From positions 62,001-126,000 of the forward strand of contig JAPEUD010000016.1 in NCBI GenBank assembly GCA_026026165.1: a DNA stretch of 64,000 nucleotides. The letters run 5' to 3'. A model generated the notes under the pieces. The model saw nothing but the letters and a program-made list of their open reading frames with translations. It made no database searches and was not told the DNA's origin. The position numbers and the translations under genes were made by a program. The stretch comes from Sarea resinae (Eukaryota). This document shows, one piece after another, positions 1 through 12,260 of this stretch; the stretch's first letter is position 1, and every line of letters begins with the position of its first letter.

Positions 1-2789
1 AGGGATGATGATTGAGCTAGAAGTTGTTGTCGGAGTTGGTTGTTGGAGTTGTTGCTGCTGCTGATGGATGGATTGGTCGTTCGTGTCATGCGGCGAGCGC
101 ATCTGTTGTTGCTGATGGGGCGAGGACTTGCTCTCCACATGGCTCTCAAGAAGGCTGGCTGTGAAATCAGAGTCTCCGAACATTGGAGGCGCCTGATGGG
201 TAGCAGTCGGGGCGTTGGTAGCAGCAGTGGCGGCCGCGTGGCAGGCATCTATATTTTGAAGATCTAATCGAGGGGACTCGACCTTCTTGATAGTGGACGC
301 CCGGCGGGCATGAGGCTTGGTGGTAGTGGTAGTCGTCTGTTGCTGTTGCTGTTGCTGTTGTTGTTGCTGTTGCATAGCAATAGCGGCCATAGCCCTAGAG
401 TGTGGCTGCAGTAACTGGCACATCTGCGACTCGAGATTGTCTAGCCGATCCTTCAGAACCTCCGCCGTGCTCCAGTGCATGACATATTGGTGGAAATTCA
501 GTCTGAGCAAGTCAAATTTGGTCTCGATAAGTCGCTTGGACGAATCCTCCGGTCCAAAAAGCTTGAATACCAGTTCTGCTGCACCGGCGAGCCAGATGGT
601 GCTAGCGAGGAAAGGGTTGACGTAGCGGACGTGCTCGTCCGAGGTATTGCTAACAATGGTAAAAATCCGATCCGCTGCCTCGGTATACCTCCGCAATGCC
701 TTGTCGCCATGCTCGCTGCGAGGTCCAAAGCCCGGGACTTGGCTTTGCTTATCGGTAGGCATCATGCGCGCTCGCGATTGTGCCTCTTCATCCCAGTGGC
801 GGAAGCAGCCTTGGGCACATCTCCCAACGAGCGAGGGCTCTTGAAGCACGTCACCAAAGACTTCACGATGATAGATCATGATGTAGGTAAGCTGGATCAT
901 AAGATAGATGCTGTGTTTTGCGCTATCTCGGCGGCGGACTATGGCGGTGCTCGCTGGATCGGGACCGGAGAAGCTTAGGTGTTCGTTTTGATAGGCAAGA
1001 GAGCGGGGAAGAGCGGCGGCGAAGCAGCGAAGAGAGTTGGTAAGCAGTTCGAGATTCGAGGATGAATCTCCACATCGCCAACTGTAAGCAGCTGCACCTA
1101 TAATAGTTTAGTGATAGCTGATAATTCGGATCGGAACGCAGCGTACCACTTGCGGTTGACAGGAGCTGGGCATCCCTCATGAAGGAATTGACCACGATAA
1201 ACCACGCTTTGGAACTCTGGTTCCCACTTCGCTGCAGCGACTTCCATCGCTTGATAGGATCGAGCTCCAGAAAGCAACTCGGCTGAGGCTTCTGAGCAAA
1301 CCAGCAATCATCATCAACAGGAAGCAGAGTCTCATTCTGCGACCAATCGATTGCTGTTGGGGCTCGTCGAATTGTGCTCGCAAAGACGTCAAACTCCCAG
1401 ATAGCCCACCAAGCGCGTCGGCGCTCCTCGTCCATGCACCACTGGGATACATCCCCCTGCACTGATACTTGCGGCAAAGTCCCTGGCGGCGGTGGTGACT
1501 GGGGCGCTGGCGTCCGCTTGCAAGGGTTCGTGTTTCTATCTGAGTCGATTGCGTGAAGCTGAAGTTCATATGCTATCCGCACGCAGAGCCCGAGCGATCG
1601 CCAAGCCTTTCCTCGGACGCCTTTGATGAGTTGCTGGAAAGTGGTCAAGATCAACGCCTGCAACAAGGTCAAAGGAGGGGTCTCGTCCTCGCACTCATTG
1701 AGCGCCTCATCGACGAAATGTAGAGCCAGATTCAGGTACCAGTCAGAAGAGGACGTCGAGGTGTTGGCATTGCCGGTCTGGTCTTCAATATCTGGCAAGA
1801 AGCGTGCGGAGAAGGAAAACATGGCAGCCAAAAGAGCATGGAGTTGGGTTGGAGATGCAATGGTGCGAAGTTTCTTCTCGAATTCTGGCCGTGAGAAGAG
1901 GGAGAAAGAGGTCATGTTATCGAAGTAGGCGTCAATTCTATACTTGTCAGCAAGGATCATTCTCCAGAGTCACTTTCACTTACAGTCGCTGGACCATATC
2001 AGGAGATGTTCTTAGTGCATATCGGAATTGCAGTGTAAGGTCGTCAGATGAGAGGACACCCCCTTGCACGGACTTGTCAGTCTGCAGGGGTGCACGCAGA
2101 CCCAGAGCCTCCTCAATCTGAGAGCAGCCATCTGAAGAGTCATGCGAGGGATGGACGATCCAAGATAGAGAAGGAGCATTAAGCGTCCGTCCCTCTTGTT
2201 TGGTCGTAGCCGCAGAAGGAGAAGTCTCGGGAGATAGAGGACCATAAGTCTCTCCTACGTTGGCTTCTCCGCTTACGCTGGAGTTTTTCCGTTGTGCGGA
2301 TTGCTTCGCGTCCGCATTGGACGTCTTTCGACGCCTTGCTTGGCCTCCGTTCCGGCCACCCTGACCGCGGTCATCCCTGGCACGCTTTTGGACCCAACTC
2401 GAGACACCTGAAATACTGGAATTAAGAAATGCGATAATACGTCAAACAGTGATCCTGACTTACCAATTTTTGGTCCAGGTTTCATCGGACCAGCTGGATA
2501 CCGGCATGGTTGTCCTTGATTTATACAGATAGTACAGCAAGGCAGCCCGCGATCGCTATTAGATGTTAAAAAGGTACTCCGACAACAGGACTGATGTCGC
2601 ATACCATTTGACTTTCCGTCTAGAAAAATCAGTCAGTCTTTAGAACGTCGTAATTCTTGTATCCAGTCAACATATGGCATACCTTCTGCAATTTTGGCAG
2701 GCGAGATTAGCAAGTTGGCCTTCGACAGGCTCGGTCTCTGGTGGCGGTGTCATGGCGCCCTCCACTTCGGTATTCATACTGACATTCAT
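1..2789 (-). CDS. Zn(II)2Cys6 fungal transcription factor with fungal-specific TF (middle homology) domain; 3' end truncated by window edge
   Basis: Spliced exons 2789-2683, 2619-2605, 2555-2464, 2407-1984, 1937-1147, 1097-<1 (all GT-AG) give CQNCRRRKVKCDRGLPCCTICINQGQPC. The MHR domain shows in IDAYFDN...LQALILTTF...WRSLGLCVRIAYELQLH...EERRRAWWAIWEFD. The last exon is open to base 1 and contains a Q12 tract (337-372). ATG at 2789 or 2777. Confidence 0.92.
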
Positions 2790-5629
2790 GTGAACTCGTA
2801 ATGAAAGAAAGGATAAGAGAGGTGTTGAATATCTTGGAGGTGACGACAAGGGAGGCAGGCAGACGGGGGAAGACACGATAAAAAGAAGCGGTTCCAGGAT
2901 ATCGTGAGGCGAGCTGGGGGTTACGGCATTTCCAATTTTTCGACGAAAATGGGGTCTTGGACACAGCAATAAAGACAGGGAAAGGTGGGGGAGCCGGTCA
3001 TCTTGGATTCGACCAGGGGATGCATAAAACACTAAGGTTCGGCGCCGAAGGCTTCGATTACGCCCTTCTTGAGCCTGGAATTGCGGGGCCCCTTGTTGGC
3101 TCCTTGTCACCCCGCAATCTCTTCCCCAGATCTACCTCCGTGCGTTGCGAAACTTGCTGATGGAGTTAGGACATTTGGGGGGGGGGGGAGCAAAACGGAG
3201 GAGTCAAGCATACAGGGATGGGTCATGCTAGCCGGTCTTACCGGCGCCAAATTCGCGAAAAAAGATGAACAACGATGAGCGACCATGACCAAGGCGGAAA
3301 GGATCCCAGCAACGTGCTCGAACACGGGCTGGGGAAGGAAAACACGAAAATCAATCCCGCTAGGGCAACTCCGTCAGTGGTCGATGAGGCTAAAAAGGGT
3401 CAATGGGAGGTCGCGTTTGACTAGGATATCTCCCGCCAGTGAAAGTAGCCTTGGCACGCCCAAGGAGGGAGGTCACGATCAGCCAGGCCTACCAGGCCTA
3501 CCAGTCCTCCAGTCCTACTTGCCTAGACACCCAATCCAGCCAGCTAAGACAGTCGAGACCTACTACCTAGTACGTAGTATGTATGCTGACAGCCAGCCAC
3601 CCTAAGCCTCGGAGTCAGTCCGTCCGAGGCGATAGCAGTGAGCACTAGCCCCGTCAACCGCCAATCTCTCGAGTAAGAGTACCCAACCAGCAGAACCAAA
3701 GTGTCGGAGTACGAGTCATGATCCGCCCAACAACCAACAAAGCCCTTGTCGTAGATCGACCCTTGCTTACCACATCAGGCTGCGATCCCATGGGGGAGTC
3801 CCCATGCCCGGATGGGTGAGCTCCGCCACAAAACCTTCACGACCCCAACCGTCGAGAGTAGCAGATCCGTCGTGAATCGGTACAAGTAATATTAGACACA
3901 TGACACCCCCAAATTCCGCCCTCCTCCCTCCCCCCTGGGCCGATAATGCATGCGCAGTGGACCAGAGCACTAGCGGGCCCCGGACCCTCCCCAGAGCTCT
4001 CAAACCCCCGCCTCCACCAACCCCACAACCCCAAACCGAAGCGAAAAACAAACGAAGAAACGAAGCAATGAGACGCCGGGAAAGCTGGGCGCTACCAAGC
4101 AGCCGAGGGACGATTTGCGCGGGTTTGCGCTGTGACGTCGAAGAGGGCAGGAGAGCCCGGCCCTTCCTCCCCCTCGTATGCATCTTATGCACGCCGGTAG
4201 TGCCTACCCCCCATGATGCCCACTTGCCTCCCTGAGGTAAGAGGCTAGCCGCCCAGGCGGCACGGGACACATCCCATCTCTCTTGCCCGCGTCCTGAGGG
4301 AGGCGAACGAACGGCATTCGGGTGTGATCCCCGTCACCAATGTCCATTGCCCAGTGTCCATCACCGTCCATCACCGTCCGTCAAGTCTAGAGTATCCGCA
4401 ACCCACCTAGACTCCACCACCTCCATCCCCATCCCCACCCAGAAAGGGTCCAAGGCCCCCCGGGACTGTGGAGAAAGCCGGAGAGGCATCGAGGATCAGC
4501 AGCGTTCCCTTCGACTCGACGGCCAATGAGACGGTGTCCTTACTAAGGCAACCCCACAAGGTTTCTGATCGTCTGTGATCTTTTGATGCGAAATTACGAG
4601 TATTTGCAGTAGTGCTAGCAGGGAAAGTCTGGAGACGCGTAGAGTAGCAACGATGCAACAACGGAGCGAGACAGCGAGGCAACGAGGCAGCCGTGCTCAG
4701 CCAAAAGAGAAGAGAGATGACAATTTCGCTTATGCCAGCCATCATTGATCGTCAATCAATCATCTCCATCGGCTTCGATCGTCATTATCATCATCATCAA
4801 GATCAAGTTGCAATTCACTGCAGGGTCAAGACCAGGGCTATCTGCTTAAGTGAGCCGGCACGAATGGCTGCCGAAAGCATAGTGGTCAAGTATCCTCGAT
4901 CCAAGAACTAGGATTCATCATCCGCCTCGCTCCTCGCATCTCGCATCCCGCCTGCCGCTCTCCTGTCTCCCGTCGATTCAACTCGCACCCTCCCGCTCCC
5001 TTCGGTTTGTGCCGCATGAAGACGGAACAGAGCACGTCTTCCAATTTCCTTCTTCGGACACGCACACATGTATCCATCTTGATATCACATCCAATCGTAG
5101 ATGGCATTACGGCACAGAAGAGAACGGAACGGCAATTCCCATAGTTGATGCATCTCATCCTCGGCGCCACATGGGATGAAAAATGCATTTGTACGTACTT
5201 CGCTCGATGATTCGGCCTTGAACACCAATGAGAGGCGGTCCCGGCATATCGAGTTGCTGATATTACTTCCCAAGAGGTAGAAGCCATGCTCCATGGGTGA
5301 AAGGATAGATAGGTAGCTGGATGGACGTAATCCTCGAGATGAGCGGACCAGTGGTCCTGAAAGTAGGGAGTGACTGGAGCCATGGAGCAGCAAAATGTTT
5401 GAATTGAACACCTCTCGGAGGGTGTCTCGATGCACGTTCATTCTAATTTCATGTATGACCGTCGACTCTTCGCTTCGGCGTGTGAAATGAATCAGTCGAT
5501 CAATCAATAGTCCGTCGCGATCGCATCTGCACGAATAAACTCAAGTCTAATGGATTCTACTACTAGTTCTGCCTGTGCCCATTCCTCGAGTACTCTAACC
5601 GATCAACCAACCAACCATGCATGATTTCC

Positions 5630-6814
5630 TTACTCGTAGTAGATCTTGTTGATAAGCGTGCCTAAACCGAGTCCAGAGAATTAGCAAATTACGCGAACGG
5701 GACCTCTTATTGCAGCAATCGAGAAAGTCCAAGGGCATCTGCATACCGATGTTCTCAATCTCCACCCGGATATCGTCGTCGTGGTTGAGCACAACCTTGG
5801 GGTTTCGCATGGCACCGATGCCCGGGGGTGTGCCGGTCATGATAACAGTTCCTTGCTCCAGCGTGGTGCCTTGCGAGAGGAAAGCGATGACATGGGCAAT
5901 GGTGAAGATGAGCTCTCTGTAGGGGGCGTGTCAGTGGTGTTCTCAGGCCTCGCTACGCCTGCCTCGATCTCAGCAGATCATGGGATCGACGTACTTGGTG
6001 CTTGAGTCCTGCACGACGTTTCCGTTGTGGATAGTTCGGACTTTGAGGTTGCCCGGGTCGCCCAATGCGCTTGGCGAGACCAATGTTGGCCCAATGGGAG
6101 CCGAAGCGTCGAGACCTGCCAAGCGAATTCCAGGTCAATGATGATCACGAACGTGTCTGGGCATGTTTGAAGCAGCGATGGACGTTACTCGGCGCCCAAA
6201 AAGAAAAGGTCGTACCTTTCGAGAAACACCATTGGCTGTTCTTGAATTGTTGAGCGCGAGCACTGATGTCGTTGCCGACGGTGTATCCTAGCACGTAGTC
6301 CAGAGCCTCGGATTCTGGAATATCCTTGCCCGTCTTTCCGATGATCAAAGTGAGCTCGCCCTCGTAGTCGCTGGTGCCGTCTTGGACGAACTTGGGAATG
6401 GGAACCTTCTGTGGTGCGGGACCGCTGATGGCAGTGTTGGGCTTGATGAACAAGACGGGCACATCGGGGATGGGCATGTTGGCTTCCTTGGCATGGTCAC
6501 GGTAGTTGAGGCCCAGGCAGCGAACGATTCTCGTCTGCTCCGCCGTGATGGGTTCCAATAGCTATCAAGCAGTCAATCTTGCTGAATCTCGAATCTGAGG
6601 GCCAGAATGAAATGCACACCTGAGAAACGGTCAATTCCTTCGACGTGACCTGGCCGTCGTATATCGACCCCCTGATCAACTTGGCCTTGATCTCCTTTCC
6701 TTGCTCCCAGCTCAGCCCAGCATCGGGATGCAATTTGGCATCGATTTGTCCAAGGTGAGGTAGGCCATCCTCCTTGGCGATGAATCGAACCAGATGAGTC
6801 CAGTTTGGTGCCAT
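5630..6814 (-). CDS. Fumarylacetoacetate hydrolase (FAH) family protein (FAHD/HpcE-like)
   Basis: Exons 6814-6620, 6561-6216, 6115-5995, 5916-5747, 5661-5630. Motifs CLGLNYRDHAKE, PVLFIKP, DYEGEL, GYTVGNDISAR, WCFSKGLD, IMTGTPPGIG. Confidence 0.93.
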
Positions 6815-7899
6815 TTTTCTAATCGTTTGGGTATATACACGAATTGGATGTCGACGGTCAATTGAAAGATCAGTATGAAGCAGGATAAACAGTCAGGAAT
6901 GGTGCTTTTCCGAGAATGATAGTCCTCGACACGAGAATTGAGCTCTTATGAGAGAGTGGAATTGATGCCTGTCGCGGAATGACTAAGGTGGGGAGCAAAT
7001 GGGCCAGACTGGATGAGCAACCAAACGTCAGCGTCCAAAACAATCGATACCTTGCGACAGTAGGGGATTTGGCGGGGCTGCGGGGTAGATCCGCCCCTCT
7101 CGGTAGAACTTTCGCTAGGACTCAGCACAGATGAAGCACGAACACCATCCATTGGCACACGTCCACATGCCCCGCCCACTGTTTTGCGACATTGGTCGGG
7201 ACCCTTCCCGCTGGATTCTTCTTCCGGTGAAACCGTTTCGTCTCCCGCTTCTCGGTCATATTTTCCCCCGCTCCACCCTCCGCCCTCAATTCCTCTCCCA
7301 CTTCGGTGCATAGATCCATGAATCCATGAATCCATGAGCCCTCACAGGCCAGAACGCCTGCCACGACAAGGTTCGGCATTTGGGGAGCCCTTGGAGATCT
7401 TCCGGTTGAACTGTACTGCTCGACTAATGTAGGGAAGACGTAAACATCTTCTGCAACTCGACCTTGTAGGTATTGGTAATGCAAGCAATCGAAGCTCGTC
7501 ATCGTCGGGGTCACAGGTATTGTTCGCTTTGTAATCTGATGGCTGCAAATTGATCATCACGAAGATTGGGCGTATGAGATGAAACGAAATTCAAACACAG
7601 CTTCCTCGGTAAAGATGTCGAGCTTCCTGCCTCACTCTAAACTAACATAGCCGAGAGATTTCGTCACTGTCAATCAAGAGATGAGAAATTCGAACTAAAA
7701 GCTTTGAAGTTCGTGCTGATAGTATGCTATCCCAATTGCTGAAACCGCCTCCAGACATAACATCTCTGCGTCATACATTTCATTTCTCGAACACATCTTC
7801 GCTTCAAGCGAGTGTGCTCGTAGATACATAGGTATATAAAAGTAGCATACATCCCATACAATAACTCGAAAAACCCCGATTTTCATGATAGTCAGCTGC

Positions 7900-9670
7900 T
7901 CACTTGTCCCACGGCTTTAAGAAATCCAGAGCATTGCCGATCTCACGTCGAATAATGGCGACGTGCTCGGGACTTCTCGGCTTGATATTGACGTTGAATG
8001 GAAGAGGGGCCTGAAGGATACCAGGGTTGTATGCATCAGGGTCGAGAGGAATTGTCTTGCCGGTTTTCGGGTCAACAGGCTCAGAGATCTCAAAAGCCCA
8101 GAGGATCTTGGCAGTGATTCTCCACATGTTCCGCTCGGCAAGATGAAGACCGGGACAGGAGCGACGGCCAGCTCCATATCCGTAGTGGTCTCGCCCAGCC
8201 CAGTCGGAGCTACCAGAGTAGTCATTAGCCAGCTTCGTGTGGTTGACATATCGATCAGGATTGAAGCTCTCATGGTCAGGATAGATCTCTTCGGTATGGT
8301 GGATAGCCCAGACGGGAATGAAGACGGTAGAGTCCTTCGGGATGCGCATGCCCTCATATTCATCGTCTTCTCGAACGCGATGAGGCAAGCCAGTCACGGC
8401 AACAGGCCGCCATCTCATGCCCTCCTTGATGATTTGGTTGATGTACATCATTTCCTTGAAGTCAGACCATTGAGGAGATCTCTCCTTTCCACAGATGGGG
8501 TCGATCTGCTCACGGGCCTTCTTTTGAACATGAGGGTTCTTGGCCAAAGCGAGCATCAAAGTAAGAAGCTGGGCTGCAGTCGTGTCGGCGGCACCCTCGA
8601 CGATCTCACCAATGAGGTTATTGAAAGCATGTTGAGACATGGGCCAGCCTTTCTTGTTGTACTCGTCAAGAAGCCGGTCAATGATAGCGTCTCGCTTGTC
8701 GCCCTTGGCAATTCGCTCATCCACAATGCGTCGCGCCTTGCCCCAGATTTCCTCGAAGACACCACCGGCGACGATGGCACGCTTCTTCCACCAGCACCAC
8801 CGGGTGGGGATGAGCTTCAGAATCGGGTACTCGTCAACGGGAGGATTGGCACCGGCCTCCATAGCGGCGGTCCACTGATCCATAACGGTGTAGACGCACT
8901 GTTCATATGTCAGTAGATGTCTTCGAACGGACGAGATATAACCTACGTGACCCCAAAAGCTCTCGAATGTAGGACCTCGGTGTCCGAAAGCGATGACTGA
9001 GGCGACGGAAGCGGTATAGCGGCGGATGTGGTTGAAAAATTTATCGGGAGAATCCAAGAGGTCGTTCATCAGGACGGTTGCCCTATTTTCGAGTTTAGTG
9101 CCAGAACCCTAATCTATATCCGTCTCAAGACTACGGCGGAGTTGAAACTTACTCAGCTTCCTGGATCTTAAAGTGCTGTTCATCAAGAACCTTCGGAGAG
9201 AAGTTGTGGGCGATGACCTTTCGCTTCTCTCTCCAGATGGGGTCCATCTGCTCAATGGCAATGTGGTCGCCTTGAGTCAAGAGCCTGCCAACGTAGGTAT
9301 AAGGTCTGTCGGAGTAGATGGCACCCTTCTTGTCGAGAAGATGGTGCACGGCCTTTCGGTCGCAGAGGACGATGACATCGGTCGGACCAAACTTGAGGGA
9401 GAAGATCGAGCCATACTCCTTGGCCCACGCTTGGAATCTTTCAGAGGTAAAAGTCAGCATGTACAGCTCGACAGGGACAACAATGCAAGATCAGATGGGA
9501 TGTCCTTACTGCTTGTACAATCCCGTCCGTGGGATCTGGTGAAAGTTGCCGAGAATTGGAAGAGTCGGCGGGCCCGGCGGCATACGCTTATCACGCTTGC
9601 CAATCGACAGTAGTCGATACAGCCCGTAGGCCGACACGAGAATGAGAACAGAGAGGGCTGGCGAGATCAT
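7900..9670 (-). CDS. Cytochrome P450 monooxygenase, PatH/PatI (CYP619)-like
   Basis: Exons 9670-9510, 9437-9153, 9082-8947, 8898-7900. N-terminal membrane anchor plus PPGPPTLPILGN, I-helix EGAADTT, ExxR (EGMR), PDRY, heme motif HYGYGAGRRSCPG. MEAGANPPVD and RDHYGYG...HLAERNM resemble the patulin m-cresol hydroxylases as I recall them; family assignment not verified by search. Confidence 0.95.
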
Positions 9671-11090
9671 GATGAAGGACGTCGAAGGTCTGTCTGTACT
9701 CCGGCGGGGGGGGGGGGCAAGTGCAGAGAAACGAGTCTTGGAGAAAGAAAAGAGAGAAAGACGGTCAGAAGTCTGGAGGAGGGCAGGCTTTGATATAGCA
9801 GGCAGTGGTCTACTACGGACACACAGGGTAAGGTATTCGGAGGCCAGGTAGGCAGTACCAGGATCTCTCAGCGATTCACCCGCCCCGTCTCGGAACCGAA
9901 TACGTCGGTCCAGATCCAGTGCTCCAATGAAGGATGCATTGGAGGATCTAATGGCGCCAGGATGATGTTACTGGAGCTGGAGTGCTGCCCGGCTCTGGTC
10001 TGGAGGACCGCCGTCGCCGCGTGCGCCGCGGGAGGAGCTGGTATCAATGCCCCCTGCCGCATCATTCGAGGAGACGTACTACCTACTGTACCGACCGACC
10101 GCTTCCCCAGCAGAGTCTTTACCGCATGCCGCACCTGTCCTGCCACATTGCATTCCCGCGTGCGTACCGAAGCGCAGCGAGAGGGAGGAGCGGGAGAGTG
10201 GGAAGTGGGAGCAAGGCCACAAGGGAGCCGTCTGCTTGCCAGTCGATCGAGTCGATTCAGTCGGTGACGGAGATGATCGCTGTATCGATTACACCGAGCG
10301 CGGACAGGAAGACACAAGTCTGGTATAGCTCTGGTATGGGGAACCGAAGTCACTTTTACCCCAGATTCTCGTACCCCGTCGACCTCTGCTCCCTGGCGAT
10401 GCCAAGTACGGAGTAACGAAGTCTATACGTAGCACGCTTACTTTGTGCTGTCGTCGTACTCTAGTCGCCCAACCTCGACCGCCCTCCACCCCCCATCTCC
10501 GCTTGCAACTCCACTTCTTTCCTCTCGCTCCACCCCCATTACCAACCACCATGCCCCTGTACCCCACACAGACAGAGTCCGTCGTCCTATTAACTCCTCT
10601 GGGCTTCGCTAGATGACAGGGAATCCTGTGGGGTCCCCAGGTCATCAAAGTCCCCACTGCCCAGACCACACAGCACCACCCAAACCGTGCCTCTCGCCCA
10701 CGATACTAGAAGGCGACTAGGGGATGAGGGGAAATTTGCACATGACTCGCGTCCTGCAATATCATGCCGACGCGCTTGATTCATAATCCTGTCCGTGCTC
10801 CTAAAAAAGGATGCTAGGGCTTGGGGCTCTCGGCCGACGGCTTCCCCCGCATCTTTCTGATGATCCTCTAGCCGCTGCGCATCTTGGTGGGCGTCAATCG
10901 TCCTTCGTCGGCTGCGGTCCTGAAACTGTCGTGGTGAACGAAGCCAATCAATGGGCATGTCTGATGATATACGGCTGCAAATCTGGCGATGATATCACTG
11001 GTCGTCTGATTACTTTTGAGATTGGAAGTTCATTGTAGTCATGTGCCTAGGCTACCGATAATCAATCTAATGCTATTCCATGCACGCATT

Positions 11091-11955
11091 TTACAGAGGA
11101 ATGCCAACGCTGAAACCGCCATCGACACCAATGTTCTGTCCCGTAACCCACGTAGCATCGTCACTGCAGAGGAACGTGGCAACCTTGGCAATGTCATTGG
11201 GCTCGCCCAGTCTCGGCCACGGCGTGCTCTTCTTCATTTCGGCAATGATGGCGGGGTCGTTGAAGTTGGTGCTGGAGAGGGCCGTCTTGACAACACCGGG
11301 GCAGATGCAGTTGACGTTGATGCCGTCCTTGGCATGATCCAGAGCGACCGCTCTCGTCAGCATGCTGACGGCGGCCTTGCTGGCGGCGTAGGTGGCCTCA
11401 CGTCGGATAGCAACGATACCGGCTGTGGATGAGATGTTCACAATCTTGCCCCGCGCGCCAGAGGCATCAGGCTCCTGCTTGAGGAATTGTTCGATTGCCA
11501 GTCGCATCGATGTGTGAACACCCTTGCCATTGATGCCCATCATGGCATCCCACATCTCCTCGGTCTCCTCGACGAAATCCCTCAGCGGTAGCCAAAGACC
11601 AGCATTGTTAACCAGGATGTCGAGTTTGCCGTAAGTCTGTATGACGATAGATCAGAAGATGCTTTCAGTTGATCTGGATTCGACGTACCTTGATGGTAAA
11701 TGCAACCAAGCTCTTGATCTCATCGGTCTTTGACATATCGCACTTCTGGAATGCCGACTTTCCTCCATTCTTCAGAACAACCTCGTGGGTGGGAGTTTCG
11801 ATGTCAGCCTCGAAACCTTTCTTCGAAGCATCGGGCCTCAGATCGGCGCAAACCACGGCGGCGCCCTCCTTTGCGAGAGCGAGGGCAATCGCTCGTCCCA
11901 TACCGGAAGAAGATCCGGTGACGATCGCCACCTTTCCTTGAACGCGTCCAGACAT
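11091..11955 (-). CDS. Classical short-chain dehydrogenase/reductase (SDR1)
   Basis: Exons 11955-11689 and 11636-11091. Motifs TGSSSGMG, LVNNAG, NISS, YAASK, NCICPG, IGVDGG. Confidence 0.93.
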
Positions 11956-12202
11956 TTTGTGTGTGTAGTGAGGGTGATGAGGGGTATCGAAATTGAAACA
12001 TGTAATGACAGAGAATAATGAGGCAATTGCAACGATGAGATTGGGTCTGTTGTTTATAGAATGATCGAGCCAAATCAACAGGGGCGGCGATATGGCTTTT
12101 CGGTACTTGTGTCAGCGATTCTACCTTGCTCCGTTTGCGTGTATAATCCGGCCTTCCGGATCATCTTTAGTTCTGGCATGTCAGGCATGTCTGGGCTGTC
12201 TG

Positions 12203-12260
12203 GCGGGGTTGGGCGGGCTGGTGGGGTTCAAGCTGGCGGGGTCCTCCTCTTCTTGCGGGG
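12203..12260. promoter_or_regulatory. Cluster of four SYGGRG (CreA/Cre1-type) sites upstream of SDR1
   Basis: GCGGGG 12203, GTGGGG 12221, GCGGGG 12236, GCGGGG 12255, 250-300 bp upstream of the SDR1 ATG (11955). Confidence 0.45.

Noticed and set aside
317..625. ORF with poly-Cys/poly-Val (VVVVVVCCCCCCCCCCC)
   Set aside because: It is the antisense reading of the CAA/CAG poly-Gln tract in the TF's last exon.
4860..5400. Splice-like signals and short ORFs between the TF and FAH genes
   Set aside because: No consistent spliced reading frame or recognisable peptide could be assembled; a non-coding transcript cannot be excluded.
7963..8916. 317-aa plus-strand ORF, and similar long shadow ORFs at 19115-20041, 24190-24945, 34034-35119 and 36532-37359
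   Set aside because: Antisense or alternative-frame shadows of codon-biased real genes; no motifs of their own.
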